This document shows, piece after piece, positions 18,706 to 29,248 of a stretch of DNA of 64,000 bases. Position 1 is the stretch's first letter; every line of letters begins with the position of its first letter. Position numbers and translations under genes: made by a program. The notes below the pieces were generated by a model. That model was not told where the DNA came from and made no database searches. It saw only the letters and a program-made list of their open reading frames with translations. This DNA comes from Thermoplasmata archaeon (lineage in GTDB: Archaea; Thermoplasmatota; Thermoplasmata; Thermoplasmatales; ARK-15), in contig JBAMMA010000001.1 in the NCBI GenBank assembly GCA_039794005.1, forward strand, positions 64,001 to 128,000, given 5' to 3'.

Positions 18706-18836
18706 ACAGCTTCTCCAGAAATAAAAAAGATATTCCCATATTAATATTTTACATCATTTAAAATTTTGAATTTTTAATATTTCAAAATTATCATTTTTTG
18801 GAAAAAATTTTTAACAATTACAATATCCATAAAATC

Positions 18837-20210
18837 ATGATTATTTACGACACATTAGATAGGACAAAGAAAGAATTAATACCTTTAAGGGACAATAGAA
18901 TAAACATTTTTGTGTGTGGTCCCACAGTTTATGATTATTCTCATATTGGCCATGCAAGAACATATGTATTTTTTGATATGTTCGTTTCATATCTTAGATA
19001 CTTAGGATATGACGTATTTTATTTACAAAATATAACGGATATTGATGATAAGATAATAAAAAAGGCAAATGAAACAAATATGAAACCCGAGGATATTGCA
19101 ATGAAATTTTATTCTGAATATATCAGGGATATGTTGTCATTGAAGGTGGATTCAATAAATATTTATGCACCAGCAACACATTATGTTGATGAAATAATAG
19201 ATCAAATAAAAAGGTTGATAAATCTTGGTTATGCATATGAGACAGATGATGGTGTATATTTTGAGGTTAGTAAATTCAAAGATTATGGAAAATTATCCCA
19301 CCAAAATTTGGATGAAATAATTGCAGGTTATAGAGTAGACATTAACGAGAAAAAGAAAAATCCAATTGATTTTGCGTTATGGAAAAAGAAAAAGGAGGGT
19401 GAACCATACTGGCCATCACCATTTGGCGAAGGCAGGCCAGGATGGCACATTGAAGATACTGCAATTACGGAACATTATTTTGGTCCTCAATATGATATTC
19501 ATGGAGGAGGATCAGATCTGATATTCCCACATCATGAATGTGAAATAGCACAAATGGAGGCCGTAAGTAATGTCAAGCCAATGGTGAGATATTGGATGCA
19601 CACAGGTCTTTTAACAATAAAAAGTGAAAGAATGGGTAAATCAATGGGTAATGTTATTAGGATAAGGGATGTACTGGAAAGATATTCTGCTGAGGTGATC
19701 AGATTTTTCTTATTATCATCCCATTATAGATCTCCTATCGATTTTTCATATGAAAATTTAGAAAAGTCAAGGGAAACCCTGGAAAGGATCATAATTTTAT
19801 ATAGAAAATTAAAGAATAAAAGGGTATTCGGGAAAGAAAACAAAATTTTGGATGATATTAAAATCGAATGGCAGCAATTCATTAAAGATATGGATGATGA
19901 TGTGAATACCCCTGGAGCTATCTCACATCTCATGAAAATAGTCAATATGGCAAACAAATACTATTCAGAAATAACCGAGGTTGAAACAAAGGAAATAATA
20001 AGAATTATCGAAGATGTTGATAGATTCTTCAAGTTTTTGCCAGAAATAACAGAAACCGAGGAAAAATTAATGGCATTCTTGCTAAATTTGAGGGAGGAAA
20101 TGAGAAAAAATAAACAATATGAAATGGCTGACAAAATAAGAAATAATCTGAAAGAATTAAATTTATATATTGAGGATTCCATAGAAGGGCCAATATGGTA
20201 CAGAATATAG
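18837..20210 (+). CDS. cysS: Cysteine--tRNA ligase
   Basis: CGPTVYD, HIGH, NITDIDDKII, DFALWK, GRPGWHIE, DIHGGG.DL.FPHHE, RMGKS (KMSKS variant). Confidence 0.95.
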   Translation: MIIYDTLDRTKKELIPLRDNRINIFVCGPTVYDYSHIGHARTYVFFDMFVSYLRYLGYDVFYLQNITDIDDKIIKKANETNMKPEDIAMKFYSEYIRDMLSLKVDSINIYAPATHYVDEIIDQIKRLINLGYAYETDDGVYFEVSKFKDYGKLSHQNLDEIIAGYRVDINEKKKNPIDFALWKKKKEGEPYWPSPFGEGRPGWHIEDTAITEHYFGPQYDIHGGGSDLIFPHHECEIAQMEAVSNVKPMVRYWMHTGLLTIKSERMGKSMGNVIRIRDVLERYSAEVIRFFLLSSHYRSPIDFSYENLEKSRETLERIIILYRKLKNKRVFGKENKILDDIKIEWQQFIKDMDDDVNTPGAISHLMKIVNMANKYYSEITEVETKEIIRIIEDVDRFFKFLPEITETEEKLMAFLLNLREEMRKNKQYEMADKIRNNLKELNLYIEDSIEGPIWYRI

Positions 20211-21451
20211 AAGAAATAGATTATTTATATTCATTATCTAGATTTGGAATTAAATTAGGTTTAGATGTTATGACAAATCTTGCAAATAAATTAGGTAGTC
20301 CTCAGAACTATTACAAAACCTTTCACATAACAGGTTCAAATGGTAAAGGATCTACATCCGCAATGCTTTATACAATTTTGAGACAAAAATATTCATCGGG
20401 TTTATATACTAGCCCTCACATCAAAGAATTTAACGAAAGAATAATGGTAAACGATAAATATATTGAAAATGAATTTATAAAAGATTGGGTAAGAAGGAAT
20501 AAAAAAATTGTTGAGGATATGGCCAAAATAGGTATGCAGCCAACATTTTTTGAATTTACAACGGCAATGGCATTTGATTATTTCAAAGAGAAAAAAATTG
20601 ATGTTGCTGTTATTGAAGTTGGAATGGGAGGAAGATTAGATGCAACGAATATCATAATACCTGAATCATCAGGAATTGTTACAATTTCTCTGGAGCATAC
20701 CGATCGTCTTGGGAACACTGTTGAAAAAATAGCATACGAAAAAGCAGGTATTATCAAAAAAGGAAAACCGGTTGTCATTGGAGTCGAGGATGAAAAGGCC
20801 CAAAGAACAATTGAAAAAATTGCAAATGAAAAAGGATCAAAGGTTTATGATGTAAACGAATTATATGATGTTTCAAATGTTGAAATATCATTGGAAGGTA
20901 CAAGGTACAGGGCCAAAAAAGATCAAAAAATATATGATGTATCTATACCGCTGATTGGAAAATATCAAATAAAAAATTCATTGATCTCCATAACAATGGC
21001 TGAGCTTTTTGATCCTTCATTAGATTATAAATTTATTAAAAATGTAAAATTTCCAGGCAGATTTGAAATTAAAAGCAGAAAGCCAATGGTGATTATCGAT
21101 GCCGCCCATAATCCTGAGGCTGCAAAGGTACTTGTTGAAAATATAAAATTGTTATTCAATAAAAATCCATTAGTTGTAATGACACAATTAAAGGACAAAA
21201 ATTCATTGGAATTTTTCAGAATTATTTCAGAGATTGTAGATCATGCAATCATAACGGAGGTAAAGGATGAGAGAAGAAAAGATGCCGAAATATTAGCACA
21301 TGAAGCAAGAAATTTTATAAAGAATGTTGAAGTAATAAGGGAATCAAACAATGCGTTTGAGCGCGCTTTCGAATCATCAGATTTTATACTAATTACAGGT
21401 TCAATATATTTATTAGGTGAATTTGAGGAATGGTATTCCAAAAGGCAATAA
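20195..21451 (+). CDS. folC: Folylpolyglutamate synthase/dihydrofolate synthase
   Basis: HITGSNGKGST, YTSPH, EVGMGGRLDATN, EKAGIIK, PGRFE, DAAHN, TGSIYL. Confidence 0.92.
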   Translation: MVQNIEEIDYLYSLSRFGIKLGLDVMTNLANKLGSPQNYYKTFHITGSNGKGSTSAMLYTILRQKYSSGLYTSPHIKEFNERIMVNDKYIENEFIKDWVRRNKKIVEDMAKIGMQPTFFEFTTAMAFDYFKEKKIDVAVIEVGMGGRLDATNIIIPESSGIVTISLEHTDRLGNTVEKIAYEKAGIIKKGKPVVIGVEDEKAQRTIEKIANEKGSKVYDVNELYDVSNVEISLEGTRYRAKKDQKIYDVSIPLIGKYQIKNSLISITMAELFDPSLDYKFIKNVKFPGRFEIKSRKPMVIIDAAHNPEAAKVLVENIKLLFNKNPLVVMTQLKDKNSLEFFRIISEIVDHAIITEVKDERRKDAEILAHEARNFIKNVEVIRESNNAFERAFESSDFILITGSIYLLGEFEEWYSKRQ

Positions 21452-22644
21452 CAGTTTCGGACAAATATGATAATGAATTCGAAAATTTGGCTAGGTCCTT
21501 ATATTATGAAGTTTTATATAGCTTTACATTTAAGCATTATTCATCGAAATATTATATTGGAGAGGGAAAAATAGAAGAAATAAAGAACTATATAGAAAAT
21601 AACAGCGTGGAAGTAATAATAATAAACGGAAAATTAAAATCATCACAATGGTATAATCTGGAAACATATTTTAAAAGAAGGGTCATAGATAAAACCATGC
21701 TCATTCTGGAAATATTCGCGGATAGGGCTAAGACGAAGGAGGCCAAATTGGAGGTAGAATTGGCAACATTGAATTATCAATTACCATTATTGAAAGAATG
21801 GATACACAGGGCAAAGATTGGTGAACACCCAGGTTTTATGGCCGGTGGTGAATATGATATTGATCAATATTATTTCCACGTTCAAAAGAGGATCAAAAAG
21901 ATAAAGGAGGAACTTGAAAAAGTTAAAATTGAAAGGAAAGAGAGGAGAAAAAACAGGCTCAGAAAAGGATATTTTCTGATAACTATAGCCGGCTATACAA
22001 ATAGCGGAAAAAGTCAATTGATGAAGACACTCTCTGGGGAGGATGTTGTAATAGAAAATAGAATGTTCTCAACACTTGTTCCCAGAACATCCAGGATCAT
22101 GAACACAAAAAAGAAAATCTTGATTACAGATACCGTGGGGTTTATAAAAGATTTACCTCCTTTAATTTTGGAGGCCTTTCGAGCTACTCTGGAAGATATT
22201 TATGATTCAGATTTGATAATATTTTTAATAGATGGTTCGGATCCCTTTGATATATTCAAAGAGAAAATTGAAGCTTCATTAAGCATTTTATCAGGTGAAT
22301 TGACAGGTAAAATATTACCGGTGATAAACAAAATTGACAAGAAGATTGAAGATATAGAAAACAAAAAGCGGTATATTAATGAAAAAATATCAGATCCAGT
22401 CCTAATAAGTGCAAAAACCGGAGAAAATATAAATCTACTTCTTGAAAGAATATATTCTATGTTAAATTATGATAGGGAATACGATCTAGAAATTGACAGC
22501 AATAAAAATTACATGCCTCTAATTTCATTTGTATATGAATATGGAGAGATTATATATTACGAAATAAAGGATAAAATTTATTTAAAATTTAAGATAAATT
22601 CGCGTTTTGATGGAACAATTAAAAAATATCTGAATTTATTATAA
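21430..22644 (+). CDS. hflX: GTPase HflX
   Basis: LILEIFADRA..EAKLEVELA, GYTNSGKS, DTVGFI, NKID, ISAKTG. Confidence 0.93.
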   Translation: MVFQKAITVSDKYDNEFENLARSLYYEVLYSFTFKHYSSKYYIGEGKIEEIKNYIENNSVEVIIINGKLKSSQWYNLETYFKRRVIDKTMLILEIFADRAKTKEAKLEVELATLNYQLPLLKEWIHRAKIGEHPGFMAGGEYDIDQYYFHVQKRIKKIKEELEKVKIERKERRKNRLRKGYFLITIAGYTNSGKSQLMKTLSGEDVVIENRMFSTLVPRTSRIMNTKKKILITDTVGFIKDLPPLILEAFRATLEDIYDSDLIIFLIDGSDPFDIFKEKIEASLSILSGELTGKILPVINKIDKKIEDIENKKRYINEKISDPVLISAKTGENINLLLERIYSMLNYDREYDLEIDSNKNYMPLISFVYEYGEIIYYEIKDKIYLKFKINSRFDGTIKKYLNLL

Positions 22645-22741
22645 TTCGAAAATAAAATTATTTAAGAACCATATAATAATTTTGGTAAAAAATATGATAA
22701 AGAAATTTTTTTAAAGAAGATCATTATAGTATTAAATTACC

Positions 22742-23962
22742 ATGACGGGGTATGAAAACATAATTGAAAAATATCTCATTGAAAATTCTGAAGAATATAA
22801 CATGTCATATTTTGAACCGTCATATGTTCCAGATAGAATTATCCATAGAGAAGAGGAAATTGACATAATAATGAAAAATCTTTCACTAATTTTTAAAAAG
22901 ATGGTTCCTAAAAATATGTTTATATTTGGAAAAACTGGAACCGGCAAGACGGCTGTTATAAAGTTTATAGGAAGGGCATTGGAAAGCTATCAAAAGGAAA
23001 AAATTAGGTTCGTATATCTCAATTGTCAAATAAATGACAATTCTTATTCACTGTTATACAGTATAGGGAAAAGTGCAGGGGCTGAGATCCCCATAACAGG
23101 GTGGTCCATGGATAGACTCTTCAATGTTGTCAAAGATGCGGTGGAACTTTATTCAGCCTATTTTATTATAGTGCTGGATGAAATAGACAGATATATTAAA
23201 AAGAACGGTGATGATATATTATATTCACTATCATTGATGAATTCTGAATTAAAGAATAGCAAAATCATAATAATTGGAATAACAAATGATGTTACAATCA
23301 TAGAAAACCTAGATGCAAGGGTAAAGAGCAGATTAAATGAAGAAAAAGTTGTTTTCCCACCATACAATCAAAATGAAATATACGATATTTTGAAAGACAG
23401 AATTGAAATGGCTAAAATGAAAAATTATATAACGGATTCGGCATTGAGGTATATATCCGCAATTGCGGCACAGGAAAATGGAGACGCTAGGAAGGCCATA
23501 GATTTATTGAAAACAACTCTGCAGATAGGAATCGAATTAAAAAATATACCAGTGGAAGAAAAACACGTAAACATAGCAAAAAGCAAGATGGAATATGATG
23601 CTGTTGCAGAAACTATAAAATCTCTCCCTTTGCATTCTAAAATTGTTTTATTATCAATTGTATTTTTAAAAGACTATGGCACAAATAACATAACAACTGG
23701 TGAAATTTATAATGCATATAGAAATCTGATCAATTTTGTGAATATTCCACCTTTGACTTCAAGAAGAATAACAGACATATTATCGGATTTGGATATGCTG
23801 GGGATAGTCAATGCAAAGGTAATATCAATGGGTAGATATGGAAGGTCTAAGATTGTAGATCTAATGGTATCATCAGGATTGATAAAATCTATACTCCTGG
23901 AGGAAGATCAATTAAAATGCTTAAGGGATTCAATGAAAAAACAGTCCCAGCTCAAGATCTAA
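22742..23962 (+). CDS. cdc6: Orc1/Cdc6 replication initiator
   Basis: HREEE, GKTGTGKT, LDEID, RVKSRL, FPPY, GDARKAIDLL, C-terminal wHTH (LDMLG..GRYGR). Confidence 0.93.
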   Translation: MTGYENIIEKYLIENSEEYNMSYFEPSYVPDRIIHREEEIDIIMKNLSLIFKKMVPKNMFIFGKTGTGKTAVIKFIGRALESYQKEKIRFVYLNCQINDNSYSLLYSIGKSAGAEIPITGWSMDRLFNVVKDAVELYSAYFIIVLDEIDRYIKKNGDDILYSLSLMNSELKNSKIIIIGITNDVTIIENLDARVKSRLNEEKVVFPPYNQNEIYDILKDRIEMAKMKNYITDSALRYISAIAAQENGDARKAIDLLKTTLQIGIELKNIPVEEKHVNIAKSKMEYDAVAETIKSLPLHSKIVLLSIVFLKDYGTNNITTGEIYNAYRNLINFVNIPPLTSRRITDILSDLDMLGIVNAKVISMGRYGRSKIVDLMVSSGLIKSILLEEDQLKCLRDSMKKQSQLKI

Positions 23963-24982
23963 ATTCAAAATAGATTTTTCATCTCCGAAAGTTGATATAA
24001 TTTTATTTTCATTTTTTATTATATTTTCCCACTGTAATTTGCATTCACATTTTGGTAATTCTTCTAAAATTTTTTCATCCTGTGTAAAAGAAAATTCCTC
24101 GATTATTTTTAAAATTATATTGTCACATTTTCCACAGTTGTGAATTCCTCTTATTTTTGAACCTGCGGTTGGGAATGATACAACCTTTTTGTATTTTGCT
24201 GTTCTCCTTAATACTTCAACAAGGCTCCATAACCACGGGGGTCTATAAAATCCTTTGTTCCAAAGATATTCAACAAGAGTATAAGATTGTACATCAACAG
24301 GATTTATGCTTATTAATTCAGAATACCCTGCAGCAAATTCGATCGATTTAATTGCATCTTCTATTGCCTCCCTTTCAGTTAAAAATGGTGGTTTTAACAA
24401 GATGTAAGTTTTCAAGGGAATGGAAAGATCATTTAAAACTTTAGCGGCCCTTACATATTCAGATGATGAAAAACCTTTATTTATTGAATATTTTAAGACA
24501 TCATCCGATGAACTTTCAAGACCGATGGCTACCATTAAATTTTCAAACTTTTTAAACCTGCTCATTCTCTCATATGTAACAAACTCAGGCCTAGTTTCTA
24601 CTATTACTCTTTCCATACCTGAAAATAGTTCCAAAATTTTCATCTGCGTATTTTCAGAAATTTCATTTGGATCAAAAAAACTTCCCGAATTAAATATTTT
24701 TATTATTTTTTCATCTTTAATTTTTTTAACTGCCTTTTCTATTTGATTCATTATATTTGAATCATTGACATCCCCCGGGTCCGTATCTTTATAATATCCG
24801 CACATTGAGCATCCAGAATGCTTAAACCAGAAACATCCCCTGGTTTTTAAAATTATTACAAATGCCTTTTCTCTCCTGTTTTTGTATGGTTCATATTCGC
24901 TCCAGACCGCAACGTATTCATCCGGATCATGGATCCTCTCCGTTTTTTCCCTTAAACTTTTAATAATTTCTTGTATGTTCAT
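23930..24982 (-). CDS. Archaeosine biosynthesis radical SAM enzyme (RaSEA, TIGR01210-like)
   Basis: TRGCFW..GCSMCGY, SGSFFD, ETRPE, YILLKPPFL, YRPPWLWS, HNCGKC. Confidence 0.85.
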   Translation of the reverse strand: MNIQEIIKSLREKTERIHDPDEYVAVWSEYEPYKNRREKAFVIILKTRGCFWFKHSGCSMCGYYKDTDPGDVNDSNIMNQIEKAVKKIKDEKIIKIFNSGSFFDPNEISENTQMKILELFSGMERVIVETRPEFVTYERMSRFKKFENLMVAIGLESSSDDVLKYSINKGFSSSEYVRAAKVLNDLSIPLKTYILLKPPFLTEREAIEDAIKSIEFAAGYSELISINPVDVQSYTLVEYLWNKGFYRPPWLWSLVEVLRRTAKYKKVVSFPTAGSKIRGIHNCGKCDNIILKIIEEFSFTQDEKILEELPKCECKLQWENIIKNENKIISTFGDEKSILNLDLELGLFFH

Positions 24983-27468
24983 TTTCTATCAATTTTCTCA
25001 ATCAATTCATAATATTTTCTCTTAAGGTCGTCCAGTTCCCTTTTCAAATTATCTATTTCATCTGTAAACATTCTACCCTTCCTTATTGTTTCTATTGCTT
25101 CCCTTATTCTTCTTTTTAATCTTCCATCTAGCTCGATTAAATATGCATATTCAAGCTCAGGAATGGCATCGCTTAATCCGCAATTCAACAATCCTTCTAC
25201 TGCACCATTTCTTACAAATAGATTTTCATCCCTCAATAAAGCGTAGAGAATTGGCAAAACATCGCTTTTCATATATCCAGACTTTCCTATTGAAATTGCA
25301 GCAATAGCCCTTAATTTCATGATATATTTTTTGTCTGTGAATTTCATTTCGATATTTATTGCTTCGTCATCTCTAAAGTAGGATAGACCTTGTAACAATC
25401 CATTTCTTATTATTTCATTTGTAGATTCAGCATCAATATATTTTTTAAGAATGTCCTTTGACTTTTCTAGTCTCAATTCTCCAATGGATTTAAGTACGCT
25501 AGATATGATGTAAGGCCTTTTTTCTTTCTCCAAAATTTTGTTTAACATGTCCAGAGATTTTTCATTTTTGTAATATTTTCCCAGGGCTTCTGCAATTGCA
25601 ACTCTAATTTTTGAATTAATATTTGTGTTTCCAATAGATTTATTGTATATTTCCTCCAATGCATTTAAAGAATATTCAGTACCAATTTTGGATAATGCAT
25701 TTATGGCTTCAATTCTAACACCATAGAAATTGTCATTTAGAGCTACATATTTCAATATATCTATTATCTCCTTTCCCCCCATTTTTATGGCCTCATTGAT
25801 GGCATCTATTCTTTCAATTATCGTATACCCATTTTTCAAGAGATATTTAATCATTTCAGGAGGTCTTGAAAATTCAATATCTTTTAATATATAATTCTCA
25901 GGATCTATTGAAATACCTAAAATATTTCCACTTTCTAATTCAAGTTCTTCAAATTCATTATCTACCTTAATCTTTTTAATGATTCTTCCATTTTCGGTGT
26001 AAATTGCAATTTCAAGGGGGAATGAAAATATCTTGACTGTATTTTCATCTTCCTGAATCTGTTCTATTTTTAATTTAGACTTTTTATCCTCTCTTTTTAT
26101 CTCTATTTTCAATTTTGGATGTCCACCATGAAATAACCACTGGTCAAAGAATTGCTCGAAAGATTTTCCAGTATATTCCTTCAATAATTTCATGAAATCA
26201 TATGTATCAACGCTTTTTCCACCATATGTTTCCAAATAATATTTAATGAATCCCCAGAATTCCTTATCTCCCATTTCATATCTGAGCATATGTATAACTC
26301 TTGATGCTTTTTCATATGCATGTCGATCAAATACTTCTGCAGGTGAATTATATACATTGTAAACTATTGGTCTCCTGTATCTTTCAGAATCCTCATTTTT
26401 ATATGCAATTTCATCCTGATACATATTATATAAGAAAGAATCGTGCCCTGAAAAATGTTCCTGGTAAACATTTTCCATATATGTTGCAAAACCTTCGTTT
26501 AGCCATATATGGGCCCAAGAAGAGCATGTAACATAATCTCCAAACCACTGATGAGCTAGTTCATGTGCAATTAAAGGTTCAGACATATATTCATTGTGCA
26601 TATTTAAATCGTGCAAAGTATATTCTGTCAAAGTTGTAGCATTTATATTTTCCATTCCACCTACAACAAAATCGTATACGATCACCTGAGCATATTTACT
26701 ATATGGATATTTAAATCCTAAAATCCTATCATAGAACCTTATCATATCTGGTGTATTTACAAATGTTCTTAGCATATACCTTCCAAGACCCTTTGGAACC
26801 AGATAAATCAATTTTATTCCATCAATTTCGTCTTCCATTATATCAAAAACACCTATTACCAAGGAGATCAAATAAACTGGATGTGGGAAATTTTCTCTCC
26901 AATGATAAACTGTTTCATTTTCCAATTCCCTTTTTTCAACCAAATCCCCATTTGACAGTGCATAAAATCCTTTAGGAACATGAGCTATGATCTCACTGGA
27001 ACTTCTTTGATTAGGGAAATCGTATGAAGGAATCCAATAACGATTATCCTCATCCTCACCCTGTGACCAAATCATTGGATATTTTCTACCCTTAGTTTCA
27101 TCGGAATCAATGAAATAAAGGCCCTTTCTCGGTGTTGAATAATATTCAATGTATATTTCTATATCATCATTTTTCTTTATTTTTTCTTCAAAATATATTA
27201 AAATATTTTTTCCATCGTATTCATAACTTTTTATTCTATGATCTGATTTAATATCCTTAATTTTGATTTCCGATGCATCCAATAAAATTTTATCCAGGTC
27301 TGAATATTTTGCATTTAGTATGATTTTTTCCTTTGCGTCAAAACTCTTTTTTTCTAAGTTTGGCCATATTTCAATATTAATGTGCTTTTGTAAAAATTCT
27401 TTATCTCTTTCATAGTTTTTCCTATAATCAGGAAAGGCAAATGATTCTCTATAACCTTTTTCAAACAT
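24979..27468 (-). CDS. M1 family aminopeptidase N with C-terminal HEAT repeats
   Basis: GGMEN, HELAHQWFG, WLNEGFA, YEKA; HEAT-like repeats (VRIEAINAL, IRVAIAEALG) and a coiled-coil end. Confidence 0.9.
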   Translation of the reverse strand: MFEKGYRESFAFPDYRKNYERDKEFLQKHINIEIWPNLEKKSFDAKEKIILNAKYSDLDKILLDASEIKIKDIKSDHRIKSYEYDGKNILIYFEEKIKKNDDIEIYIEYYSTPRKGLYFIDSDETKGRKYPMIWSQGEDEDNRYWIPSYDFPNQRSSSEIIAHVPKGFYALSNGDLVEKRELENETVYHWRENFPHPVYLISLVIGVFDIMEDEIDGIKLIYLVPKGLGRYMLRTFVNTPDMIRFYDRILGFKYPYSKYAQVIVYDFVVGGMENINATTLTEYTLHDLNMHNEYMSEPLIAHELAHQWFGDYVTCSSWAHIWLNEGFATYMENVYQEHFSGHDSFLYNMYQDEIAYKNEDSERYRRPIVYNVYNSPAEVFDRHAYEKASRVIHMLRYEMGDKEFWGFIKYYLETYGGKSVDTYDFMKLLKEYTGKSFEQFFDQWLFHGGHPKLKIEIKREDKKSKLKIEQIQEDENTVKIFSFPLEIAIYTENGRIIKKIKVDNEFEELELESGNILGISIDPENYILKDIEFSRPPEMIKYLLKNGYTIIERIDAINEAIKMGGKEIIDILKYVALNDNFYGVRIEAINALSKIGTEYSLNALEEIYNKSIGNTNINSKIRVAIAEALGKYYKNEKSLDMLNKILEKEKRPYIISSVLKSIGELRLEKSKDILKKYIDAESTNEIIRNGLLQGLSYFRDDEAINIEMKFTDKKYIMKLRAIAAISIGKSGYMKSDVLPILYALLRDENLFVRNGAVEGLLNCGLSDAIPELEYAYLIELDGRLKRRIREAIETIRKGRMFTDEIDNLKRELDDLKRKYYELIEKIDRK

Positions 27469-27606
27469 GATAGTGTAAATTTTTATTGATATTTAATATT
27501 TTTTAATTTTAAAATCTTATTTAAATTAAAAGAATATTATTATTATGCATGTAATTAATAAAGGATGAATATTTATAATAATGTTTATAATATCATAATG
27601 GTCTAA

Positions 27607-29217
27607 ATGGACTTACTCTTCTTGATTTTAGGTCTGATGCTATTTCTGGCATTCATAGGCGGAAAGATAATGGATAAAATATCCCAACCGCACATAATCG
27701 GTTATTTACTTTTCGGTTTATTATTAAGTCCATCATTGGTAGATATTTTTTTAGGAAATTCATATAATTATCAAATACAATCCAATATTGGTATTCTGAA
27801 CGTATTTTCCGAGATTGGAATCATAATATTATTGTTCTTCATAGGTTTAAATATATCCTATGAAAAATTTATTAAAACAACAAAAATTTCTTTATTAATA
27901 GGATTGATAGATATTTCAATAATGTTTGGTTTTGCATTTCTAATATCTTATTTATATAAATGGAACATTTATGAATCGATCATTTTCGGATTTATTTTGT
28001 CTTCATCAAGTGTTGTTGTAACGGCAAAAAATCTGGAAGAAACAAACAAATTATCAGATGAAGAGATAGAAACTTTACTCAATATGCTTATCATGGAGGA
28101 TATAATTTCAATAATAATGTTTGTATTATTCTATGGTTTTGTAAATACCAATTTTATATTACCAGAAAAAATGTATATAGAATATCTAGGTCTATTTTCA
28201 CTGATCGTTTTTGTATTATTTTTATCATGGATATTTTTACCGTATGTGAAAATTAAATTTTTTTCAAACAAAAATGAGGAACTTTTCACAGTCCTAATTT
28301 TATCGATAATATTTTTAATAAGTGAATTAATAGAAATATTTAACATAAATCCATCGATTGGTGCATTCTTTGCCGGCCTACTGTTCGCAAAGAGTGATTA
28401 TGTAAACGATATAAACAAATTAATGAAACCTTTAGAATATTCTTTTGGTTCAATATTTTTTGTATCCTATGGTATATTTATCAATATATTCTCCTTCTAT
28501 CAAAATTTAATTATTATTATTTTATCAATTATTTTCATACTTATAGGTGAATTTATAATAATTCCTTTTCTCTTATACACATTAGGATTTTCATCTAAAG
28601 GTTCAATTTTCATTGGAAGTGGTTTAATAGCGAGAAATGAGGATGCTTTAATATTTTCAAATTTATCAAAATCGATAGGTAATATGTTTTCCTCCAACAT
28701 AATGAACGTAATATATAACGTTACGGGAGCCATTGTATTAATAACAACTATCATAAGTGTTCCACTTATGAAATATTCCACAAAAATCAACAATAAAATC
28801 ACAAAATTTATTCCTGTATGCTTTTCTTATCCGTGGAGAGAAGTATCAAAATTTTCCAAGGAAATGCTATTTTATAAGGAAATTCCTATCAGAAAAAGAA
28901 ATTATTGGATATACATTTCTTTGATAATATATGGTGTTCTATTACTGCCAACAATCTTATTCGGTGAAGCATTATTTTTTATATTATCAACGATATCTCT
29001 GGTCATAAATATATTCCTGTTAATTACAATCATCATCAAACATTCATCCGGATCTTCAACAATTTTTTCTTCAATCAATTTTTCAATATTTTTATCCATA
29101 CCATTGACTCTGGTTTATTTATATTATTTAAAATTTTATTTCATTTTTTATTATTTATTATTAATTTTGATATTTTTAATAATGGAAGGTGTAATAATAT
29201 GCCTTTCTGAAAGATAA
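27607..29217 (+). CDS. CPA2-family cation:proton antiporter with extra C-terminal TM extension
   Basis: IIGYLLFG, EIGIIILLFFIGL, SSSVV, IMEDI, GAFFAG, FFVSYG. Confidence 0.85.
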   Translation: MDLLFLILGLMLFLAFIGGKIMDKISQPHIIGYLLFGLLLSPSLVDIFLGNSYNYQIQSNIGILNVFSEIGIIILLFFIGLNISYEKFIKTTKISLLIGLIDISIMFGFAFLISYLYKWNIYESIIFGFILSSSSVVVTAKNLEETNKLSDEEIETLLNMLIMEDIISIIMFVLFYGFVNTNFILPEKMYIEYLGLFSLIVFVLFLSWIFLPYVKIKFFSNKNEELFTVLILSIIFLISELIEIFNINPSIGAFFAGLLFAKSDYVNDINKLMKPLEYSFGSIFFVSYGIFINIFSFYQNLIIIILSIIFILIGEFIIIPFLLYTLGFSSKGSIFIGSGLIARNEDALIFSNLSKSIGNMFSSNIMNVIYNVTGAIVLITTIISVPLMKYSTKINNKITKFIPVCFSYPWREVSKFSKEMLFYKEIPIRKRNYWIYISLIIYGVLLLPTILFGEALFFILSTISLVINIFLLITIIIKHSSGSSTIFSSINFSIFLSIPLTLVYLYYLKFYFIFYYLLLILIFLIMEGVIICLSER

Positions 29218-29248
29218 TAAATAAATATAATAAAAGATTTAATGAAAT

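Noticed and set aside
18762-18789. Inverted repeat AATTTTGAA-N10-TTCAAAATT between mtnA and cysS
   Set aside because: Almost entirely A/T in a very AT-rich gap, so it is plausible by chance; no second copy was noticed.
22645-22741. Replication origin next to cdc6
   Set aside because: The gap is under 100 bp and shows no ORB-like (TCCA..GAAA + G-string) repeats; the downstream side overlaps the next gene.
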